IMG/VR virus record: IMGVR_UViG_3300033067_002032
Span: 1 to 40,907 of that record
Origin: a virus
Lineage: Duplodnaviria > Caudoviricetes
Reading direction: 5' to 3' (one strand)
Length of the DNA: 40,907 nt
Made by a program: the position numbers and the translations under genes. Shown here piece by piece: positions 32,805-40,907 of this stretch. The stretch's first letter is position 1, and every line of letters starts with the position of its first letter. The notes under the pieces were generated by a model. That model saw nothing but the letters and a program-made list of their open reading frames with translations, had not been told where the DNA came from and did not search any database.

Positions 32805-33047
32805 TTATTCCTGCGGATCGACGGGCTTGTTCACATAGTCCGGCACCCCCGTATCGGGAGCGGCGCGGAGATATTTTCCAATGCCCGCGAAGACGAACCC
32901 GAGGACGACGACGAGCGGAGCGCTCAGATCGACGCCGAGCAGTCTGTGCGCGGCGAGTGCGATCCCGATAGCGAGACCTGCGGCGACGCCGAGTTCAAGC
33001 AAGTGGATCAGGGTTGAGAGTGATGGAGGAAGACAGACTTCGTTCAT
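32805..33047 (-). CDS. Holin-like membrane protein (2 TM)
   Basis: Two hydrophobic helices; near the peptidase gene. Confidence 0.5.
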   Translation of the reverse strand: MNEVCLPPSLSTLIHLLELGVAAGLAIGIALAAHRLLGVDLSAPLVVVLGFVFAGIGKYLRAAPDTGVPDYVNKPVDPQE

Positions 33048-33051
33048 ATAG

Positions 33052-33330
33052 TTAGTTGGTAGGAGTGGGAGTCTTGGTAATTCTGACCTGCACCCCTTCG
33101 AAAATCAGGTCGAATTTTTTGTCGAGGCCAATCAGCTTTTCCTCAACCCGCGTGAGACGATCTCTGTCAGCTATGGACGCAGCTTTATCTGCCTCGTATT
33201 TCGCCATGCGCTCATCCAGCGAGTTGACACGCTGGAAGAGGACTCCTGAAGCAAAGATGATTCCGAAGATGCTGGCGGCGAGACCCCAACTGATTGCAGT
33301 CTCCTTGGAAAGAACAAATGGTGTAGACAT
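33052..33330 (-). CDS. Membrane-anchored coiled-coil protein (holin/lysis-associated)
   Basis: N-terminal TM followed by RLTRVEEKL coiled coil. Confidence 0.55.
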   Translation of the reverse strand: MSTPFVLSKETAISWGLAASIFGIIFASGVLFQRVNSLDERMAKYEADKAASIADRDRLTRVEEKLIGLDKKFDLIFEGVQVRITKTPTPTN

Positions 33331-33332
33331 AT

Positions 33333-34760
33333 TTAGATAGCCGTTCGAACGGCCGCCGCTGTCCTAACTTTGAACGGGGTAATGGTTGAACTCCACGACA
33401 TCGCCGCTCCCATTGTGACAGTGTGGGCGAACGACGAAGCATCGACTGGGTTCACCCCCGAGCCATCGTTTGTCGTAATGTCCAAAACTTTTCCTGCTTG
33501 GAGCGCTGCACTGAATTTATTGGCGAAATACATGTCTTTCGCTTCTTGCAACGTACAGCCGACGTTGAAGATCATGGGACGGTGGATCGCGGCGCGTGCC
33601 GCACCAGCGGCCAGGGCATTCCAAGTTCGACCGATACAGAGCTGGTTAGAGTTCGTGCCAAGCGCGCCACTAATCCCAGTAATTTCTTCCGCGAGCTTCA
33701 CGCCGTTCACGTAGATGTAGACAGCTGATCCGGTATAAGTAGCCACAGCATCGACCCATACTCCGTCAGGCACTCGATAAGTCGTGCCGACGATAGACCG
33801 CGATAACCCACCGATGACCGAATACCAGCGGAACCCAAGCCCTTCGTAATAGTCGAAGAAATAAGAATTCGTGACACCAGCTTGCGAATTGTCGAATAGC
33901 GAGTAGTAGGTGTTCGGCCCCAGCTTCATGAAGCGGATGCGAACCGTGACGGCTGCCGTGGGGTTCAAGGATGCGTGGTTCGGGACTGTGATCCCAGACG
34001 TGGTAGAGGCTACGCCCACCATCGAATATGGCGTGTATAAGATCGCTTGGCGTTGTTGCGACAAAGCCGATCTAGCGCGCATGGGCGTGGACGTTGACCA
34101 TGTGATATTCGTGGCGGTCAAAGAGTTCGATCCTGTGCTAGCTACATTCGTTCCACTGCCCTCACTCATGGCCCATCTGTCAGTCACACCAGCGGGAACG
34201 GTTCCGTCATAGAAGAAGTTGTCTACGTCTGTTTGTGTGATCGTTCCGTTTCCAATTAAGCCGTCCTTCAACAATCCGCTGAACGGGTAAACGTCCGTCT
34301 GCGTAGACGTCTGAGACTTGCCCCAGAAGATGTTGTCGTACGTTCCCGTGTTAATGGCTACGCCCCAGGCGGTAGCGTTTTTCACAAGGACATGGTTAGA
34401 CCAAATGCTGATCGTGGTGTTTGTGATGAGCCATGCGAACTCGATCCACTGGCCGATGGGAAAGTAACGCTTGAACTCAGCGGCCGTCATCGTGAGGTTG
34501 TTCCCAGCGTTGATCGAGTCGAGCGCGAAGTAGTACGTCCCTGCGAGCTGTCCAACCAATAGACCTGGGCTTTGAGCCGAATTGCATTTGTAGGTAAACA
34601 CGCCGCCGAGAGCGTCACTTGTAAGAAACATGCGCACCATTCCAAAGCGGCTATTTGTCCCGGTATTCACTCCCGTCGGCGTAGCTTTTGCCAGATACGA
34701 AGTAGACCCATTAAACGAAATGGAGTTTACATACGGCTGAATCTTCGTTCGACGAGGCAT
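33333..34760 (-). CDS. Tandem LamG/concanavalin A-like domain virion protein
   Basis: SISFNGSTSY, FSGLLKD, WAMSEGSGTNV, WVDAVATYTGSAVYIYVNG, LCIGR. Confidence 0.8.
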   Translation of the reverse strand: MPRRTKIQPYVNSISFNGSTSYLAKATPTGVNTGTNSRFGMVRMFLTSDALGGVFTYKCNSAQSPGLLVGQLAGTYYFALDSINAGNNLTMTAAEFKRYFPIGQWIEFAWLITNTTISIWSNHVLVKNATAWGVAINTGTYDNIFWGKSQTSTQTDVYPFSGLLKDGLIGNGTITQTDVDNFFYDGTVPAGVTDRWAMSEGSGTNVASTGSNSLTATNITWSTSTPMRARSALSQQRQAILYTPYSMVGVASTTSGITVPNHASLNPTAAVTVRIRFMKLGPNTYYSLFDNSQAGVTNSYFFDYYEGLGFRWYSVIGGLSRSIVGTTYRVPDGVWVDAVATYTGSAVYIYVNGVKLAEEITGISGALGTNSNQLCIGRTWNALAAGAARAAIHRPMIFNVGCTLQEAKDMYFANKFSAALQAGKVLDITTNDGSGVNPVDASSFAHTVTMGAAMSWSSTITPFKVRTAAAVRTAI

Positions 34761-34766
34761 AGAAGT

Positions 34767-35021
34767 TTATTTAGCTGGAATTACAAATGTCTTACCTACC
34801 AAGGCATCAACCTTTGCCTCGACGGTAGGAGGTACGGCTTGAATAGCTTCGAGCGCCAATGAAGCCTCGTACCGTTTCCCGTAATCTTCGAGGAACGCTT
34901 TTAACATTTTTTCATCATTCAAGGGCGCGTCGCTCATCGTTTGCTCAAGGCCGTCTACCGAGTAGACGACCGAGACATGGCCTTTTTCCTTATCAATGTT
35001 TGTGATTCTGAATGTAGACAT
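34767..35021 (-). CDS. Hypothetical protein
   Basis: ORF track. Confidence 0.7.
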   Translation of the reverse strand: MSTFRITNIDKEKGHVSVVYSVDGLEQTMSDAPLNDEKMLKAFLEDYGKRYEASLALEAIQAVPPTVEAKVDALVGKTFVIPAK

Positions 35022-35032
35022 AGGAGGTTAGA

Positions 35033-36160
35033 CTAGGTGGTTTGACGCCACATGATCGTTACATCCATCGCGGCAACGGCGATCGTCGCGTAGAGACCGA
35101 CCGTAGTGCGAGTAAATGCTGGAAGAGTTACCACGACTGGGCCTTGGTTGACCGCCTCCGTGAAGGTGATGGTGTTCAGAAGAACCGTGGTAGCTGCCGA
35201 GGTGTTGTCCCAGAGCTTGATTGTCGCGCCAGCGGCACAAGAGTTGACGACGAAACCAGCGACACGGCCAGCTCCCGTATAAATGAGCGCTGACGCGGAA
35301 ATGTTTGTGTAGCTCGCTTGAGGTTCGACGCGGATCGCGTTGATGTCCTGGACTTCGCCGGACTGAAGAGTCCCTTGGGATGTCCAGATGTTCCCGTTGG
35401 CATCTTCATTGATTGTCGCGTAGTCGCCATCAGTACCAGCACTTGAGGCGGCGGTATCACGACGCACGGCGAGCATTTGAATACCAACATCGCCAGAAGC
35501 ATGAGGAGAATCTTCAGCCTTACCCAAGTCGGTCGCGCCCGTGCCGGGAGTGATCGAGCTGATCGTTCCACCTGCGGAAATGCCGCGCACACGTCCCGCT
35601 TGGAGGATATAGATGTGCGTCAAGTCCATGTTATCCGCGACACCGTTCACGATCGAGATGCCGAGCGGAAGGTTTGCGGAGAAGTTCTGTGCGGTAGGAA
35701 CCAAGCGAACCGAAATGTCGTTCGCGGCAGTTCCCGTAACGATTGAAAACGTAGTACCCGTGGCCGACCAACCGATGCGGAATTTTACTTCCACGTTCGT
35801 CCAGGCGGCGTTCCAGTCAATAGAACGTGACAAGACTGTCCCATCCTTATCGTAAACTTTTACGGAGAATGTGGTGCCACTGATGTCAAATACCATTGCG
35901 CCACGGTTGCCAAGTGATTTGCCTCGCAAACCCCAAGAGCGTGTATGTCCACCAGTCGGAGCGACTGGGATAACCAAAGGAAACTCATATTCACCGTATA
36001 CGAACTCAGGGTACGTATTGGTTTCCGCTGAGTTGTAGCGGTACTTAGAACTGGCGATCGTCGGGGTACCTGTGATTGTCTTGAAGAACGAGGCGTCAAG
36101 AGCGTGGATCACCGGATCGACAACGACGGAAACTAACTCGTCAATGATTCGTACGTCCAT
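35033..36160 (-). CDS. Putative virion structural protein (beta-rich)
   Basis: 375 aa in the structural operon; AEDSPHASGDVG...VRRD motif. Confidence 0.6.
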   Translation of the reverse strand: MDVRIIDELVSVVVDPVIHALDASFFKTITGTPTIASSKYRYNSAETNTYPEFVYGEYEFPLVIPVAPTGGHTRSWGLRGKSLGNRGAMVFDISGTTFSVKVYDKDGTVLSRSIDWNAAWTNVEVKFRIGWSATGTTFSIVTGTAANDISVRLVPTAQNFSANLPLGISIVNGVADNMDLTHIYILQAGRVRGISAGGTISSITPGTGATDLGKAEDSPHASGDVGIQMLAVRRDTAASSAGTDGDYATINEDANGNIWTSQGTLQSGEVQDINAIRVEPQASYTNISASALIYTGAGRVAGFVVNSCAAGATIKLWDNTSAATTVLLNTITFTEAVNQGPVVVTLPAFTRTTVGLYATIAVAAMDVTIMWRQTT

Positions 36161-36170
36161 AGAGATTGGT

Positions 36171-36206
36171 TAAAAACCGACAAAGGGGGCTATTAGAAGC
36201 CCCCTT
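36171..36206 (-). terminator. Intrinsic terminator after the capsid gene block
   Basis: AAGGGGGCT/AGCCCCCTT hairpin followed on the minus strand by TGTCGGTTTTT. Confidence 0.7.
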
Positions 36207-36214
36207 CCACGTCA

Positions 36215-36655
36215 CTAAACCACCTCAGCCATTCCGCCGCCCGGAAGTCGGACGGTTCGTTTTGGCGTTGCTGGCTCCGTAGACGCTTGTTGATTAGCAG
36301 GGGCTTTGTCTCCCTCCGATTTCTCGGAAGAAGGTGCTGCTGCCGACGCAGGTTCAGGCGACTTGGCCGCGAGCTTCGCTTTCAATTCCTCGATCTCACG
36401 ATCTTTGGATGCGAGCAACGCGTCCTTGTCTACCGGAGGAACATGAACCCAGAACGCTTCAGGTAAGAATTGTTCAGCCGAGAACATCTTATGTTTCTTC
36501 AGCCACTCAATCTCTTTCTCATCGTCCGTCTCGTAGAAGTGGTTCTGAAACCAGATGTCCACTTGCGGATGGTCGATGGGGTAGCCGTTCTGAACTTCAC
36601 GGTATCCAGCCTTAACGATGAGCCGGAGCTTCTTGTTGGATGATTGGAATTTCAT
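36215..36655 (-). CDS. Hypothetical head-associated protein
   Basis: F-x-N-x-x-YETDDEKEIEWLKKH pattern; follows the capsid genes. Confidence 0.7.
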   Translation of the reverse strand: MKFQSSNKKLRLIVKAGYREVQNGYPIDHPQVDIWFQNHFYETDDEKEIEWLKKHKMFSAEQFLPEAFWVHVPPVDKDALLASKDREIEELKAKLAAKSPEPASAAAPSSEKSEGDKAPANQQASTEPATPKRTVRLPGGGMAEVV

Positions 36656-36738
36656 TGGAAAGTAGCACGCCTTTCCACATCGCTCTCATGGACATGCTGT
36701 GGAGGCGGCCACGAGAGCGAAGGCGTACGAATCAAGAA

Positions 36739-37569
36739 TTATTCAAGATTTTTCAGCTTCCCGTACACCACGAAGGACGTGATGGCGGAGAGGGTGCTCG
36801 CTGCACGGCAGCGGACAAGCAAGCGCTTACCCTTGCGAGCAGTGATACCCGAGACACCGAGCTGACCAAAGGACTTGGAACCAGCGGCGGTCGTCGCGCC
36901 AGGGATCGTGTTCGAGTAGATGACTTCATCCGTTTTGGCGAAGTCGTCAACCTCGATCACCTCGAACAAACCAGCTCCGGTGTAGGTCAGGGTTTCATCG
37001 AGCTGGTAAAGCTCAACGAGGGAACCTGCCTTGTAGTCACCACGAGCACCGTTATAACCGCGAGCGGTCTTGTCGGTTGGCGTGTTGTTACCAGCGAACA
37101 TCGCACCATCGAGAACGGAAAGTTCAGCAGTGATGTGAAGAGCGACAGCAGTGTCAATACCGGCAGCGTAACCAACACCAGGGACTTTCGCTTGCTGCGA
37201 TGAAGCAGCGACGAAGTAACCGGAAGCGGAGATCACGTCAGCGCGGCGAAGACCGACCAAGCGACACTTATAATCCGTCAAGCTGTTGATGAAATCAACG
37301 AGTTCTCCGGCGGTGTTCGCAGCGGCGTTAGCCAAGTCGATCGTTCCTGGGGTGGCACCAACCGTGAAGTTGGTGTCGGCGGCTTCAGCGCCCGTGGCAC
37401 CGATCGCCATAGCGATGGTGGTTGCCCCGACCGTGAAGAGCGCAGATGCCGAGGCACCTACGTACTCCACGATAAAGCCCTTGAATTGACGCGGGTTAGC
37501 GGTCGTAGACGTAGCGACCATCGCTACGTTACGCGCCAAGCCGTTCATGGTTCGGATTTTGTCGATCAT
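36739..37569 (-). CDS. Putative capsid decoration/cement protein
   Basis: Ala/Thr/Gly-rich 276 aa immediately after the major capsid gene. Confidence 0.55.
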   Translation of the reverse strand: MIDKIRTMNGLARNVAMVATSTTANPRQFKGFIVEYVGASASALFTVGATTIAMAIGATGAEAADTNFTVGATPGTIDLANAAANTAGELVDFINSLTDYKCRLVGLRRADVISASGYFVAASSQQAKVPGVGYAAGIDTAVALHITAELSVLDGAMFAGNNTPTDKTARGYNGARGDYKAGSLVELYQLDETLTYTGAGLFEVIEVDDFAKTDEVIYSNTIPGATTAAGSKSFGQLGVSGITARKGKRLLVRCRAASTLSAITSFVVYGKLKNLE

Positions 37570-37591
37570 AGAAGGGTGATTATGTTTTCAC

Positions 37592-38827
37592 TTAGATCAC
37601 GCCAGTCATGAATCCGTGAGCCGTTTCGTTGGCAAGGTGCAGACCACCTTCCATCAACCATTCGGACTTCGAACCGTCACGATCATTTTCTTCGATGTTC
37701 TCCATGAACGTGTTTTCAGACTCGTTCAAGTAGGCCATCTTGATCTGTTCTGGGTCGATTGCGAACGCGGCACCGCCCCACTTCGTTGCGAAACCTGGGT
37801 CTCCGAAGAGCTGGTTGCGAACCAAGATGAAGTCACCGTGAGAAGTGTTGTACTTCTGAAGGTTCAAGCCGTACGCGGTTTCATCGGTCGTGGTGCGGAT
37901 TTGGCTATCAACCAATCCGTTGACGCGAGAGAGGAAGCGTGGGGAGCAGAACAAGAACTTCGTCGAACCACCCTTTGCGAACACCATCTCAGCGAAGGCG
38001 TCGAGAATTGGCTTGGTCAACGTACCTCCCGAACCGGAGATGTCCATCGCGTTGGAAGTCACGAATTGCGTGATACCACCCGTTGCACGCTGGCGAGTAC
38101 CAGACGAGTCAATAGCGGCGATTTCAGCACGACGAGAGAACCAGAGAGCGCGGTCGATCTGACGCAAGTGCTCGATACCGGCCAATCCCTTCATGCGTTC
38201 CCAATCGGAAGCGTCTTGGTAAATGACCTTCGAGTTCTTGTCGGTACGACCCATTCCGATTGGAGTGCGGAAAATCTGGGTGTAGTTGTAGTTCTCAGCA
38301 GGAATCGTCATCTTCGGCGTACCGGAGAGGGCGTTCACTGGGTAAGCGGCACCAAGGCGAACAACGTCGTCTTGGTTCAACAGAGCGGCAGCGGTAGAAC
38401 CGACACCACGAGAAACCGTAAGCGTGTTCGTGGAACGGGAGACAACCAACATCACTTCACCCGTGCGAGGTACGTAGAGCTGATCGTTCGCGGCGAACAA
38501 CGTACCGTCAGTAACGACGATGGAGGTTGCGACAGCGGAGTAACCAGCGGCCAAGTTGATGGTCGTTGCGTTCTCAAATGTTTCATCTGTGAAGATTTTG
38601 TACTCCGCGTTGTCAACCTTGCGTTTTGCGAGAGCCTTACCGGAAACCTTAACGGTTCCGCCAGTCTCATCTGTAATCTGTTCGTACTTGCGTCCCGCCA
38701 TCCCCAAGAAGGTGGTAAGAGGGAAATCCATGCGCTTCGGGTTGAAGTACAGTTTTCCTTCACCATCGACGTACCGGGAATTGGCGGAGTAGTCAGCGGA
38801 GCCGACAACACCTTGCTTCAATGCCAT
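37592..38827 (-). CDS. Major capsid protein (SU10/DUF5309-like HK97 fold with an insertion domain)
   Basis: PLTTFL, NYTQIFRT, EHLRQIDRALW, TGGITQF, YNTSHG, E..LHLANETAHG. Confidence 0.88.
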   Translation of the reverse strand: MALKQGVVGSADYSANSRYVDGEGKLYFNPKRMDFPLTTFLGMAGRKYEQITDETGGTVKVSGKALAKRKVDNAEYKIFTDETFENATTINLAAGYSAVATSIVVTDGTLFAANDQLYVPRTGEVMLVVSRSTNTLTVSRGVGSTAAALLNQDDVVRLGAAYPVNALSGTPKMTIPAENYNYTQIFRTPIGMGRTDKNSKVIYQDASDWERMKGLAGIEHLRQIDRALWFSRRAEIAAIDSSGTRQRATGGITQFVTSNAMDISGSGGTLTKPILDAFAEMVFAKGGSTKFLFCSPRFLSRVNGLVDSQIRTTTDETAYGLNLQKYNTSHGDFILVRNQLFGDPGFATKWGGAAFAIDPEQIKMAYLNESENTFMENIEENDRDGSKSEWLMEGGLHLANETAHGFMTGVI

Positions 38828-38854
38828 ACGTTATGTGTTAAAAGATCAAAATTT

Positions 38855-39673
38855 TTAGCTGAATCTCATGCGGTCGAAGTAGTCTCGGTCTTCCGGGTCT
38901 TTCCCACCTGGGGCGGCACCATTGCCACCGCCAGCTTGACCTTGCTTCAACACCGCAGCTTTTCCTTTATTGAATGCTTCGGAGGCTTTGTCCGCGCTGG
39001 CTGGCTTTTTCGGCGGTTTGTCGAAGAGAAGGGTGTAAGCCTTGGCTAAGGCAGCCTCAGCGCCATACTTCTTTTCGAGACCGAGATCATCCATCAAGTC
39101 GGCAAGTTCTCCCATTCGTTCAGCGACCTCCGGGTTTGCACCCACGAACGCCGTCAAAGTCCTTTGGTTATCCGCTACCTTTCCCGCCGAGCGTTCCGCG
39201 TACAGCTCCTCCAATTTGGCGAAGCGAGTAGAAAGAATCTCGTTGAGCTTGGCATCGAATTGTTCCACGGTCATGAAGCCTGCATGTTCACGAAGAACAT
39301 CAATGGCTTTCTTTGATTCCTCGTCGAGTTCAGCTTTAGCTGCCTGCACTTCCTTTGAAGGAGGGGTAGGGTTGCTTGACTGAAGCGCGGCGAGCTTGGC
39401 GTTTGTATCCGCTAGCTGTTGCTCCAAGATTTTATTATTGGCAGCAATCTTTGATGCGGCACCTCTTTGCCTGTTCACGTGGGAGATATACTCCTCCTTC
39501 GTTTTCCAGACTTGATCGCCTTCCTTGTGAAAATACTCTTCATCGCCAGGGACTTTCGCCCCCGGGTGGACGGTGGATTCGGAAGACGAGGTGCCTCCTG
39601 AAGTGTCGTCCGCTCCATTGGCTTGGGTACCTTGTGGGGCCGTGCCGTCAGTGAGGTGGGATTCTCCTTCCAT
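38855..39673 (-). CDS. Capsid scaffolding protein
   Basis: Acidic low-complexity N-terminus, coiled coil, AYTLL motif; directly upstream of the major capsid gene; start refined to T-ATG. Confidence 0.75.
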   Translation of the reverse strand: MEGESHLTDGTAPQGTQANGADDTSGGTSSSESTVHPGAKVPGDEEYFHKEGDQVWKTKEEYISHVNRQRGAASKIAANNKILEQQLADTNAKLAALQSSNPTPPSKEVQAAKAELDEESKKAIDVLREHAGFMTVEQFDAKLNEILSTRFAKLEELYAERSAGKVADNQRTLTAFVGANPEVAERMGELADLMDDLGLEKKYGAEAALAKAYTLLFDKPPKKPASADKASEAFNKGKAAVLKQGQAGGGNGAAPGGKDPEDRDYFDRMRFS

Positions 39674-39704
39674 AGATATTGGATTGTAGGTTCTGAATAA
39701 AAGA

Positions 39705-39823
39705 AACGAGGTGCCATCACTGGCGACCCCGTTATTCCCCACCTGATGAGAAGGAACCTGCGACAGAACCTCTCATTAGATGAGAAATAACCAGGTCGTC
39801 AGAAGACGCTGGCTGTCGCAGGT
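39705..39823 (-). promoter_or_regulatory. Structured leader upstream of the scaffold gene
   Basis: ACCTGCGACAG/CTGTCGCAGGT 11-bp stem (39756-66/39813-23) enclosing two hairpins, plus a hairpin at 39705-33. Confidence 0.6.
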
Positions 39824-39842
39824 ATTCTATTTTGTTGTGTAA

Positions 39843-40139
39843 TCATTGCGTCGGTTCTACTTGTTCTTCGACCACCGAGTAGTCGAGCTGAGCGTCCATC
39901 ATCCAGCGTTTCATCTGGTCAGCGAGGGACATGAGAACCTCTTTCCGTCCTTGGAGTTCGTCGTATCGACGTGCCAATTCATCCCGTGAAAAGAACTCCG
40001 TCGATATTGTATCATTCTTTTCTGGACTTGTCTCAAGGGTAAGCCACTCGCCCATCGTTTCCTTCCATGCGGGTGACTCGAACAATGCTTGGAATTGCTT
40101 GCCTTTCCTGGCTCTTTCCTCAAATTCAGCGCGAGTCAT
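39843..40139 (-). CDS. Small protein between portal and scaffold
   Basis: LFESPAWK...LQGRKEVL pattern; conserved podovirus position. Confidence 0.7.
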   Translation of the reverse strand: MTRAEFEERARKGKQFQALFESPAWKETMGEWLTLETSPEKNDTISTEFFSRDELARRYDELQGRKEVLMSLADQMKRWMMDAQLDYSVVEEQVEPTQ

Positions 40140-40145
40140 AATAGA

Positions 40146-40439
40146 TTATTCGAAGCGGAACGGAGGCTTGGACGGCTTGTCTTCCTTTGGTTTTTCCACA
40201 GCCTTCTTCGACTTCATTCCCTCAAGTTTCTTGATGGTCTCGTCGATCTTGGCGTCGCACTCCGGGCCTGGTTCCATCTCACCTACTTCCTCGACCATTT
40301 CCTTGATCGTTTCGGACTCAGGCTTATAGGCTTCCACCTCGTCCATCATTGCCTTCTCCTCTTCCCCGGCCTTCGAGCGCATAAGCTCGGATACCGATTG
40401 CTTGCTTCCCGCTGACTGGCTGGCTCCTTGGGTCATCAT
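40146..40439 (-). CDS. Hypothetical charged protein
   Basis: ATGA overlap with the portal stop. Confidence 0.65.
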   Translation of the reverse strand: MMTQGASQSAGSKQSVSELMRSKAGEEEKAMMDEVEAYKPESETIKEMVEEVGEMEPGPECDAKIDETIKKLEGMKSKKAVEKPKEDKPSKPPFRFE

Positions 40440-40907
40440 ACTTGTTCCATTTTATTGATGAGTAAGTTATTTGGCTGCGCGTCACCGTTCGCTACGTCCG
40501 CCGGGTTTTGGTTCGGCATGACCTCTTTGAACGGGTCTTCTGGCCGCCCGACCGGGTTGGCCGGAGCTGCGCCGCCTGCGCCGTCTTCGATCTTCCAAAC
40601 GTAGTGATCCACGTTATCGACCGTTGAAAACGCTGGCATAAGGATGTCGGTCGCAATGACCTCGGCATCGAGAATCGGCACGCCCTGCGGATAGGCTTGC
40701 GCCAACTGAGGGTATTTCTGCATTTCCTCGACCGTGAGGGGGCGACGGGCTTCGGACGCGAGCTTCAAGAGCTGCATACCTTCCGCCTTTCGCCCGTCCT
40801 TCGTGAGAGGCATCGTCGATTCTCCCTCGATATACACGTCATACTGCTCGGCTGCGTCCTCCCCGAAGACCACCGCTCCGAACCCTGGGGTAACGATGTC
40901 GCCTGTC
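40436..40907 (-). CDS. Portal protein C-terminal part
   Basis: QYDVYIEGESTMP motif; in frame with 1..1918 across the overlap. Confidence 0.85.
   Translation of the reverse strand, partial: TGDIVTPGFGAVVFGEDAAEQYDVYIEGESTMPLTKDGRKAEGMQLLKLASEARRPLTVEEMQKYPQLAQAYPQGVPILDAEVIATDILMPAFSTVDNVDHYVWKIEDGAGGAAPANPVGRPEDPFKEVMPNQNPADVANGDAQPNNLLINKMEQV
40597..40907. repeat. Terminal overlap (copy 2)
   Basis: Matches 1-311, with a divergent final 67 nt. Confidence 0.95.

Noticed and set aside
27999-34760. Diversity-generating retroelement or invertible tail-fibre system
   Set aside because: No reverse transcriptase, invertase or TR/VR repeat pair was seen.
2161-39049. Other long opposite-strand ORFs (2161-3234, 4996-5841, 12238-12993, 22540-23529, 26304-27482, 37616-39049)
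   Set aside because: Each mirrors a well-supported gene on the other strand, as expected from codon bias; no recognisable domains.
1-40907. Alternative genetic code (TGA or TAG reassignment)
   Set aside because: Genes are full length under code 11, and TGA and TAG serve as stops, often in ATGA or TAG-T-ATG couplings.

Overview
The window looks like an essentially complete, circularly assembled dsDNA phage genome of about 40.6 kb: bases 1-311 recur at 40597-40907. The morphogenesis module is podovirus-type and lies on the minus strand: TerL, portal, scaffold, major capsid, adaptor, nozzle, tail fibre, two large ejection-type proteins, a LamG protein, holin-like proteins and a C39-like peptidase. 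The early/middle module is on the plus strand: UvrD-like and SNF2 helicases, a stand-alone primase zinc finger, VRR-NUC, HNH-AP2, DUF669-like SSB, GroES and an XRE-sigma70 region 4 fusion. I saw no integrase or DNA polymerase. Nearly all genes start in a T-ATG context without a Shine-Dalgarno sequence, which suggests a Patescibacteria/CPR-like host (inference). The most striking region is 18299-21690. It holds a Ro60/TROVE gene directly preceded by a tandem array of five Y-RNA-like units with a shared scaffold. Three units carry circularly permuted tRNA modules, and one of these is complete with a GCU anticodon arm. Downstream are an Acb2/Tad1-like protein and a tRNA-shaped gene whose anticodon loop is only 4 nt. 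I read this as a candidate RNA-decoy/anti-defence system. All protein calls come from motif recognition by eye; no database searches were run.
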